From the IMG/VR virus record IMGVR_UViG_3300044878_000170, positions 1-26,724 of that record: DNA of 26,724 nt. One strand, 5' to 3'. A model generated the notes under the pieces. The model searched no databases. It was not told where the DNA came from and worked only from the letters and a program-made list of their open reading frames with translations. Made by a program: the position numbers and the translations under genes. Source of the stretch: a virus. Taxonomy: Duplodnaviria; Caudoviricetes. Within the stretch, counting starts at the first letter, position 1, and each line of letters starts with the position of its first letter. This document shows, piece after piece, positions 16,290 through 22,568 of the stretch.

Positions 16290-16325
16290 GAAAGGAACTC
16301 TACGGAACAATGCGGAAGATGGCAA
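16290..16325 (-). promoter_or_regulatory. Early lytic promoter TTGCCA-N17-TAGAGT, leaderless into cro
   Basis: -35 at 16320-16325, -10 at 16297-16302, ATG 7 nt downstream, no SD. Overlapped by three repeat units on the + strand (16294-16323). Confidence 0.75.
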
Positions 16326-16338
16326 CCAACACGCCGGA

Positions 16339-16367
16339 ACACTACGAAAATGGCATATGAATGACAG
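16339..16367 (-). promoter_or_regulatory. Possible second leftward promoter CTGTCA-N17-TAGTGT
   Basis: -35 at 16362-16367; -10 at 16339-16344 overlapped by the unit GGAACACTAC (16336-16345). Confidence 0.45.
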
Positions 16368-16378
16368 GTATGTAACTT

Positions 16379-16394
16379 TCGAACACATATTCGA
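16379..16394. promoter_or_regulatory. LexA (SOS) box
   Basis: TCGAACACATATTCGA, one mismatch to the actinobacterial consensus TCGAAC-N4-GTTCGA, in the cro/repressor intergenic region. Confidence 0.7.
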
Positions 16395-16473
16395 ACGAGT
16401 AGTCAGTTCCCCAAAAGCGCGTACTGTTCCCATGAATTAGCCACTTGTAAGCCGAACTTCCGTAAGACACGAT

Positions 16474-16908
16474 GTGGAGGTGAAAGACGCAGAAGCACTC
16501 GAAATCATCGGCGCCCTCATCAAAGAAGGCCGCCTCCACAAAGACCTCCGGCAGCTCCCGTTCGCCAAGTTCGCCGAGGTCGACCCGAAGACGCTCGCGT
16601 CCATGGAAAAAGGCACCCGCGTGGCGTGGGAAACCAACCAGCGCAAGGTAGAGAAGGCTCTCGGTTGGCGTGCAGGTTCCATACAGGAAGTGCTCGATAA
16701 CGCGGCGGACACCCCGAGGGAATCCGTGACGCTGGCCTCGATGCAGGAGGGTGCCGGCGAGGCGTCCTGGCAGGACCTGGACCGGGAGATTAACGGGGCG
16801 CCGGAACAGCCCGTAACACGGGCAAGCCAGTTGACGGACGAGGAACTGCTCGCGGAGCTTTCATATCGATTCCGTAACTATAAAAACAGGTTTCTTGGTG
16901 AATCGTAG
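16474..16908 (+). CDS. Immunity repressor (XRE-type HTH, no peptidase domain)
   Basis: IKEGRLHKDLRQLPFAKFAEVDPKTLASMEKG HTH; divergent from cro and upstream of the integrase. Exact start uncertain. Confidence 0.75.
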   Translation: MEVKDAEALEIIGALIKEGRLHKDLRQLPFAKFAEVDPKTLASMEKGTRVAWETNQRKVEKALGWRAGSIQEVLDNAADTPRESVTLASMQEGAGEASWQDLDREINGAPEQPVTRASQLTDEELLAELSYRFRNYKNRFLGES

Positions 16909-16956
16909 AGGATCCTGCGGGCTTCACAGGTACAGCACATACCTCTGACAAATTAT

Positions 16957-16981
16957 GGAACAGTGCGGAACCGTGTAACCT
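16957..16981 (+). promoter_or_regulatory. Promoter/operator GGAACAGTGC GGAACCGTG TAACCT
   Basis: Two tandem units plus a TANNNT hexamer upstream of 17032. Confidence 0.6.
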
Positions 16982-17031
16982 GTGTCTCGTCACCACGGCG
17001 GCGACGATTTCAGAGCAAGGGCACCATACCG

Positions 17032-17340
17032 ATGTTGAAAGAAAAGCCCCTGGGGGGACTGCACGAGATCACCCGTTCAGCACAGATGCACGAACGCGGC
17101 CACGCCTACTACGGGACGGCCTGCGACGACGGCCCGGCGTGCGACCGGGCCGGGCGGTGGGCGGCGCGGCGCCTCATCACCCCGCGGGCACTGCTCACCG
17201 CCGCGAAAGACGAGTGCTGCACCCTGACCATCGCGGCGGCCCTGTGCGTCACCCGCACCGACGTCCTGCACTACCTCGCCAGCCTCGACGTGGACGAATG
17301 GCTCATCATGCAGCGCCTCATCGGGCACGAGCTGCGCTAA
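17032..17340 (+). CDS. Short ImmA/IrrE-like HExxH metallopeptidase homologue, 102 aa
   Basis: HERGHAYYG followed by RA.RWAARRLI and IAAALCVT; directly after the repressor; start ATG 17032 with AAGGG upstream. Confidence 0.6.
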   Translation: MLKEKPLGGLHEITRSAQMHERGHAYYGTACDDGPACDRAGRWAARRLITPRALLTAAKDECCTLTIAAALCVTRTDVLHYLASLDVDEWLIMQRLIGHELR

Positions 17341-17351
17341 TGCGGGTCGAG

Positions 17352-17945
17352 CTAGAGTGCGGGATTTGTAGCGGCGACGCGTCGCCGGCCGGAAGCCAGC
17401 CTTGTCACGTAGCTCTGGTGGATGCTGAACTGGGTCGCTATGTCCCGGCTAAGGACCCCGGCCATCGCGAGCCTTCGTATCTCGGCGACGTCGGTATCTG
17501 TCAGCTTATGCCTCGGCATCCGCTCACCGTTGGCGAATCGCTTCCTCGCAATGCTGTCATGCACGTTCTCTGCGATCGTCCCCGTCGTCAGGTGGGCCGG
17601 GTTTATGCAGGGCGGGTTGTCGCATGTATGCCTGACGACCTTCCCTGCCGGGATCGGGCCGTTGGCCGCCGTATAGGCGAGGCGATGTGCCAGCCACGCT
17701 ACTCCGCACATCGACAGGTTTCCGTAGCCGTCCCTGCTGCGGCTACCCCGCCACTCATGGCAGCCGCTCGCGGTTACGGTCCATCCGATGAACGCAAGCC
17801 GCTCGGATGGGCTCAAGCCCTTGGGTGCCATTCTTCTCACATTATCGAGTCGGCCGGTGCGATTAAGCTTCGTGTAGTGCTTGTTGCACATGCCGCGAGC
17901 GTGCGCCGTCCGCTCGCATTCAGGCTGGGAGCAGGTAGAGTTCAT
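17352..17945 (-). CDS. HNH homing endonuclease-like protein with C-terminal HTH
   Basis: CSQPEC..ARGMCNKHY; AHRLAY...GPIP....VRHTCDNPPCINPAHL; KLTDTDVAEIR HTH; GGAGG SD. Confidence 0.9.
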   Translation of the reverse strand: MNSTCSQPECERTAHARGMCNKHYTKLNRTGRLDNVRRMAPKGLSPSERLAFIGWTVTASGCHEWRGSRSRDGYGNLSMCGVAWLAHRLAYTAANGPIPAGKVVRHTCDNPPCINPAHLTTGTIAENVHDSIARKRFANGERMPRHKLTDTDVAEIRRLAMAGVLSRDIATQFSIHQSYVTRLASGRRRVAATNPAL

Positions 17946-17946
17946 G

Positions 17947-18037
17947 GTGTCGAACCTCCGATAAGGGTTTGGCCACGCTCCCGGATGGTTACAGCCATCG
18001 CGGGAGCTTCTTGTTCCCCTATTTTACCGCAAGTTCC
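17947..18037 (-). promoter_or_regulatory. HNH promoter (-10 TAAAAT at 18021-18026) and two-hairpin leader
   Basis: GGAACTTGCGG TAAAAT; stem at 17977-18007; second imperfect stem at 17947-17976 pairing the GGAGG SD. Confidence 0.6.
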
Positions 18038-18057
18038 GCACAAGACAGGGGAACTCT

Positions 18058-19185
18058 ATGCCTAGAGTTGAGGACAATTGGGTAAAGAAGGATAAGACGC
18101 GCACCGCACTCTACGGGAAGGGCCTGCGCTGGCGTGCCGTGTGGACGGAGGCCGGCAAGGAACGGAAGCGCTCCTTCGCCGTCAAGGACGCCGCGAAGGC
18201 ACACCTGACATGGGTGGAGCACAACCAGCGCTCCGGGACCTACATCAGTGCCGACCGGGGCCGGGTGTTCGTCCGGGACCTCATCGACGCATGGGTCGAC
18301 ACGCAGGTCCACCTGAAGCCGTCCACGATGGCGGCCACCCGCTCGGACGTCCGCGCCACGATCAAACCGTACTGGGGGGATAAGATCCTCGCCGACATCA
18401 CCCGCGCCGACGTCCAGGCATGGGTGTCCGGGATGACCAAGGCGGCCCGCACCGTCGATACGATCTATGGCCGGTTCCGGAAGTTCCTGAACTGGTGCGT
18501 GGACGAGGGCAGGATCGTCACCTCACCCGCCAAGGGGGTGAACCTGCCCAAGGGCCACAAGCGGGAACACATCTTCCTCACCGTGCCCCAGGTCGGCCGG
18601 CTCGCCCGGGAGATCTCCCCGCAGTTCGCGGACCTCATCTGGTTCCTTGCCACGACCGGGCTGCGGTTCGGGGAGGCCGCCGAGCTCCGGACCAAAGACA
18701 TCGACGTCAAGCGGTGCCGGGTCAGGGTGGCCCGATCCGTGACGGAGGTGGACGGGGCGATGGTGATCGGGCCGCCGAAGAACGGGAAAGAGCGCACCGT
18801 GCCGCTGACGGCGTTCATGGCCGAACGGCTCGCGGCCCGCCTCGAAGGCAAGGGCCGGGACGTGCTGGTGTTCCCGTCCGAGCGCGGCCACCACCTCCGG
18901 TCGAACAACTTCAAGACCCGCGAATACGACACGGCGGTCGAGGCGGCCGGCCTCCCGGAGGGCCTGTGGGTCCATGACCTCCGGCACACGGCCGCATCCC
19001 TCGCAGTCCACTCCGGCGCCTCCGTGAAGTCAGTCCAGCGCATGCTCGGCCACGCCTCCGCCGCCCTCACCCTAGACATTTACAGCGGCCTGTTCGACCA
19101 GGAGTTGGACGACGTCGCCGGGCGGATGGACGCCCTATTGGGAGACGCCAAAATGTCAGACCCTCGACTTACGCTGGGTCAATGA
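18058..19185 (+). CDS. int: Tyrosine integrase
   Basis: TGLRFGE (R), PPKNG (K), HDLRH, LGH, TLDIY (Y). Confidence 0.95.
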   Translation: MPRVEDNWVKKDKTRTALYGKGLRWRAVWTEAGKERKRSFAVKDAAKAHLTWVEHNQRSGTYISADRGRVFVRDLIDAWVDTQVHLKPSTMAATRSDVRATIKPYWGDKILADITRADVQAWVSGMTKAARTVDTIYGRFRKFLNWCVDEGRIVTSPAKGVNLPKGHKREHIFLTVPQVGRLAREISPQFADLIWFLATTGLRFGEAAELRTKDIDVKRCRVRVARSVTEVDGAMVIGPPKNGKERTVPLTAFMAERLAARLEGKGRDVLVFPSERGHHLRSNNFKTREYDTAVEAAGLPEGLWVHDLRHTAASLAVHSGASVKSVQRMLGHASAALTLDIYSGLFDQELDDVAGRMDALLGDAKMSDPRLTLGQ

Positions 19186-19799
19186 ACCGCCCGCTCAAAT
19201 GCTCCGGCTGTGGCATCGTCTACTTCACGGACGACATGATCAACCGCATGTGCATCCACTGCTACAGCCGTTGGATAACCCGCCTGCGCGGAGACGACCG
19301 ATTCTATCCTCCGACCTACGTCTGCTCCCGATGCGCCGGCCGCCGCTACGTCAAGGGCGACCAGTTCCACGACCTCTGCGCGGAATGCTCCACCGTGCAG
19401 AATAAGTGGAACCTTACGCTTCGGGTCTGCGCTCACTGCAAGCGGCGCTTTCGCGGTCGAGTGAGGAAGGGGCGGGTGTACTGCAACGACATCGCCTGCT
19501 CTATCCTCCGTCGACGGGAGGCGCGAATGGTCATTGCCCGGCTGAAAGACTCGCACACGGCGCAGGAGTGGGCCGCCCTCGTTGAGCTGCACGACGGTAC
19601 CTGCGTCTACTGCCAAGAGTCTCCCGCAACGAGCAAGGACCACATCGTCCCAGTCAGCAGGGGTGGCTCTGACGGCATCGACAACCTGGTGCCGGCCTGC
19701 TTGAGCTGCAACAGCTCCAAGGGCAACAAACTGCTCTCAGAATGGCTTCCTCAAAAAATCCTGATTTCGAATCTCCCTGAAACCTCCCTGGCTGCCTGA
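19182..19799 (+). CDS. HNH endonuclease with multiple N-terminal CxxC Zn fingers
   Basis: CSGC, CIHC, CSRC, CAEC, CAHC, then CVYC..DHIVPVSRGG...NLVPACLSCNSSK; ATGA overlap with int. Confidence 0.88.
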   Translation: MNRPLKCSGCGIVYFTDDMINRMCIHCYSRWITRLRGDDRFYPPTYVCSRCAGRRYVKGDQFHDLCAECSTVQNKWNLTLRVCAHCKRRFRGRVRKGRVYCNDIACSILRRREARMVIARLKDSHTAQEWAALVELHDGTCVYCQESPATSKDHIVPVSRGGSDGIDNLVPACLSCNSSKGNKLLSEWLPQKILISNLPETSLAA

Positions 19800-19823
19800 A
19801 AATCCGCGCCAGCACTGGGCGGT

Positions 19824-19873
19824 GCGCCACGTTTACACCGTGGATGTCATCGGTTCGATCCCGGTAGGACCCA
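19824..19873 (+). mobile_element. attP core: 3' two-thirds of tRNA-Val(TAC)
   Basis: Anticodon arm CCACG-TTTACAC-CGTGG, variable ATGTC, T arm ATCGG-TTCGATC-CCGGT, acceptor 3' strand AGGACCC-A. The 5' acceptor strand and D arm are absent; located downstream of int. Confidence 0.9.
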
Positions 19874-19884
19874 CAGAATTACCT

Positions 19885-19926
19885 ACCCCGCCAGTCCGGC
19901 AAGTTCCGCGGATTGGCGGGGTTTTT
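19885..19926 (+). terminator. Intrinsic terminator after the attP tRNA segment
   Basis: ACCCCGCCAGTCCG-N10-CGGATTGGCGGGGT followed by TTTT. Confidence 0.85.
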
Positions 19927-19959
19927 CGTGCCACCGACGGCGTGTCGCGGCGGCCCGGA

Positions 19960-19991
19960 TTCCCTAGGGCATTCCCGGTAAACCTAGGGAA
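19960..19991. repeat. Perfect 9-bp inverted repeat in the attP arm
   Basis: TTCCCTAGG-N14-CCTAGGGAA. Confidence 0.6.
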
Positions 19992-20050
19992 GTTACAGCC
20001 CGTTTCAGTGGGCTGCCGGACCCGAACCGCCCTAAAACCTCCCTGGAACG

Positions 20051-20087
20051 ACGAAAGGCCCCCACCCTCACAAGGAGGATGGGGGCC
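20051..20087 (-). terminator. Terminator of the late/lysis operon
   Basis: GGCCCCCATCCTC-CTTGT-GAGGGTGGGGGCC then TTTCGT, 6 nt after the holin stop. Confidence 0.8.
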
Positions 20088-20093
20088 AGTTCG

Positions 20094-20354
20094 TTACTTG
20101 GGATCCGGGGCCAGCCAGGGGGCGAAGCGGCGGATCAGGTCGTCTACCGCGGGCAGGGCCATGACGCGGGTGATGCCGGCCGCGATTGCCAGCGACGTGC
20201 TGGCCCATTCCAGTCCGGGGTCGATCCCTGCGGCCTCGATGATGAGGGCCCACGCGGCGGCGAGGCCTACGAGGAACGCGAAGACGGTGCGGACGGTGGC
20301 CCGCCACGGGTAGCGCGTCTGGGTGGCTACAGGTGCTTCGTGGTCGCCCATCAC
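20094..20354 (-). CDS. Holin
   Basis: Two hydrophobic helices; TQTRYPWRATVRT...AGITRVMA.P.V...WLAP pattern; follows the endolysin. Confidence 0.75.
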   Translation of the reverse strand: MMGDHEAPVATQTRYPWRATVRTVFAFLVGLAAAWALIIEAAGIDPGLEWASTSLAIAAGITRVMALPAVDDLIRRFAPWLAPDPK

Positions 20355-21127
20355 TTCACCAGCCTTTTCGCGATCTCGTCCGCGACCTGCTGGGCGATCC
20401 CTGCCGGGATGGCCGCGGCGATGTCGGCGGGGGTGGCGTTGTCCAGGATGAGCTTCTGCGTCACCCTTCCCACGCCCTCGACCTGCTGCTGGGTGTTCCA
20501 GTTGATTGACTTCACGGCCTCGTCCATCTTGGCCCGGGTGACGAGGTGTTTGGCCTCGTTCGCGGCGTTGACTTCGTTGATGATCCGCTCAATGTCTGCT
20601 GCTGCCAATTCGTCCTCCTGTGGTGTGATGGTGCCTTGTAGGTTGATGGTGCCGGTCCGGGGCCGAATGAACCCGATGCATCCGCGGCGGGGGAGCTGCT
20701 GCTTCACGGTCGGGCCGGTCGTCCACATGGGGTACGGGTTGCCGACTTGCGACGGGGTGCTGTTCTGCGACATGCAGACAAGGTTGGCGCCCTGATCTTC
20801 GACGCCGACGGCAACGTGCGTCTTCGGGTACCAGACCGGGTAGGAGTCGCCCCACACGACGATGTCGCCGGGCAGCATCGTTTCGTTAGGGCCGACCAGT
20901 TCGTAGGCGGCGGCGATCTCCGGCGACTGAGGGAAGGCGTCAACCATGTTCCCGGCCCAGCCCGGCCAGCGGCCGTTGCCCCAGGTGCTGATCACGGGCA
21001 GACCGAGGGTCTTGGACCAGTGCGCGGCGAGGTCCCAGCACTGGGCGCCGGCCGCGCCGTCCACGTTGATGTACTGGCCCTGGACCAGCGGCATCCATAA
21101 GCCAAGCGATTTCGTGATGTCGAGCAT
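20351..21127 (-). CDS. Endolysin, CHAP-type cysteine peptidase/amidase
   Basis: DG..GAQCWDL (Cys), PGDIVVW, THVAV (His), SQN; helical C-terminal domain. Confidence 0.85.
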   Translation of the reverse strand: MLDITKSLGLWMPLVQGQYINVDGAAGAQCWDLAAHWSKTLGLPVISTWGNGRWPGWAGNMVDAFPQSPEIAAAYELVGPNETMLPGDIVVWGDSYPVWYPKTHVAVGVEDQGANLVCMSQNSTPSQVGNPYPMWTTGPTVKQQLPRRGCIGFIRPRTGTINLQGTITPQEDELAAADIERIINEVNAANEAKHLVTRAKMDEAVKSINWNTQQQVEGVGRVTQKLILDNATPADIAAAIPAGIAQQVADEIAKRLVK

Positions 21128-21136
21128 GCGGTGCTC

Positions 21137-21487
21137 CTAGTCTTGGTCCGGTTCGGGTGGTGGCTTCTTGAGGACCGGCCACGGCCTCAACTCGCGATCG
21201 CTCATGCCGTGCTCGGTGCAGTCACGGCGGAGCTGGGAGGCGTATTCCTCGGTGAGGCGCCGGTTGTGGGCTTCGACGTCGGCGCGGGCGTCGGACAGGT
21301 CCGCTCGTTCCCGCTCTTCGCGGACGAGCGCCCAGGCCTCGTCGCGCTGCTGCTTCAGGCTGGAGTTCCGTGCCCGTTCGCGGCCGGCGGCGCCGCTCAA
21401 GTACTTCCCGAGTCCTTGGACGAGGGCCACCAGGAATACTCCGCCGCCGGCGGTCATGATGGCGACAGTCGCCTGTGTGGCATCCAT
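21137..21487 (-). CDS. Membrane-anchored coiled-coil protein of the lysis cassette, 116 aa
   Basis: Start MDATQATVAI at 21487; N-terminal hydrophobic helix then a charged coiled coil. Confidence 0.7.
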   Translation of the reverse strand: MDATQATVAIMTAGGGVFLVALVQGLGKYLSGAAGRERARNSSLKQQRDEAWALVREERERADLSDARADVEAHNRRLTEEYASQLRRDCTEHGMSDRELRPWPVLKKPPPEPDQD

Positions 21488-21492
21488 AGGGC

Positions 21493-21909
21493 CTACTTTT
21501 CGGGGTCGTAGGCGTAGTGCCTGGTCTGGACTAGTCGGGCAGCGAAGGCGAGGACGGCGAAGATCACGAACGCAAGGGAGGCGACGCGGACGCTGACTTG
21601 GGTAAGTGGCACGCCGCAGATCGCGGCGCCGTAGACGAGCATCGCGAAGCCGCAGAGGATAGCCCCCAGCCGTTCGAGCCACCAGACGCCCTGCAGCACG
21701 GTCGCCGCGCCGATCCCGCCGCCGACGACAAGGAACAATGCCCAGCAGATCAACAGCGTCTGCCCGATCGATCCTTGGATGCTGTGGGGCGGGTCTATCA
21801 CGACCGCGAGACCGAGGACGGCCACGGCGAGATAGGCGAAGAAGTAAATCGCCGACAGAGCACGGGGTTCCTGGACGCGGAGCCAGAGTTTCAGCAGGGC
21901 ATGACGCAT
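21493..21909 (-). CDS. Four-TM membrane protein (holin-like)
   Basis: Four hydrophobic segments; AAGGAGG SD. Confidence 0.8.
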   Translation of the reverse strand: MRHALLKLWLRVQEPRALSAIYFFAYLAVAVLGLAVVIDPPHSIQGSIGQTLLICWALFLVVGGGIGAATVLQGVWWLERLGAILCGFAMLVYGAAICGVPLTQVSVRVASLAFVIFAVLAFAARLVQTRHYAYDPEK

Positions 21910-21968
21910 TGCGCCTCCTTGGGGTGGTTGGTCTAGAGTGGGCGCCCGTTGCGGGTACGCTTGCGCTC

Positions 21969-22568
21969 GTGAGTTTTGAAAATCAAATTTCTGAATTGCA
22001 GAAGCAGGTCGATGAGCTGCGTGGCCTTGTGGAGTCGATGGCTCCTAAGCGGGGGCCCAGGTTGTTCATTGACGACAAGGCCGTGATTGATCCGAGTTGC
22101 AGCCTGATCACCGGCCCAGCGAGTAACCGGATCATCGTTGGCCCATACTCCACGGTGAAGCGCGGTGCCGAGTGGACCGGTGTCATCGAGGTCGGGGCCC
22201 GGGTGTTCATCAACGCGTACAGCTTCATCCGCCCGAACGTGACAATTGAGGATGACGTGTCGTTGGGTCAGCACGTGCGCCTGATTTCCGACACGCACGA
22301 CATCGGCTCCGACGCGTCCGGGCGCCGGACCGCCACCCCCAGGCACCTCCCGATCAGGATTGGGCGCGGGTGCTGGATCGGTGCCGGCGCAACAGTCCTC
22401 GGCGGGGTGACTATCGGTGAAATGTCCATCGTGGCCGCCGGTGCTGTTGTGACGAAGGACATGCCCGCCAACGCCCTGATCGCCGGTGTACCCGCGGAGG
22501 TGAAAGGGCACTACGTTGACGTTGACGGGGCTCCTGTCCTTCAGCGGGTGCCCGTGCCGGTTAGGTGA
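21969..22568 (+). CDS. Hexapeptide-repeat (left-handed beta-helix) O-acetyltransferase, 199 aa
   Basis: IEVGARVFIN, VTIEDDVSLG..V.L...THD, IRIGRGCWIGAGATVLGGVTIG..SIVAAGAVVTKD.P...LIAGVPA. Start GTG 21969, 7 nt after TACGCT (21956-21961). Confidence 0.88.
   Translation: MSFENQISELQKQVDELRGLVESMAPKRGPRLFIDDKAVIDPSCSLITGPASNRIIVGPYSTVKRGAEWTGVIEVGARVFINAYSFIRPNVTIEDDVSLGQHVRLISDTHDIGSDASGRRTATPRHLPIRIGRGCWIGAGATVLGGVTIGEMSIVAAGAVVTKDMPANALIAGVPAEVKGHYVDVDGAPVLQRVPVPVR

Noticed and set aside
16294-16345. CRISPR-like or guide array
   Set aside because: Units are 10 bp, degenerate and abutting with no spacers; no cas-like gene in the window.
17352-19799. RNA-guided HNH system (IscB/HEARO-like)
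   Set aside because: Neither HNH protein shows split RuvC motifs or a PLMP-type N-terminus, and the adjacent non-coding space (about 110 bp upstream of the first, att elements after the second) is short and otherwise explained.
19801-19875. Complete phage tRNA-Val gene
   Set aside because: No 5' GGGTCCT acceptor strand or D arm upstream; only the anticodon arm onward is present, as expected for attP.
21738-21968. N-terminal extension of the acetyltransferase as given in the ORF track
   Set aside because: Overlaps the membrane-protein gene on the other strand; GTG 21969 with a -10 at leaderless distance is more plausible. ORF-track starts at 2368, 6289, 7610, 12828, 16433 and 21682 were shortened for similar reasons.
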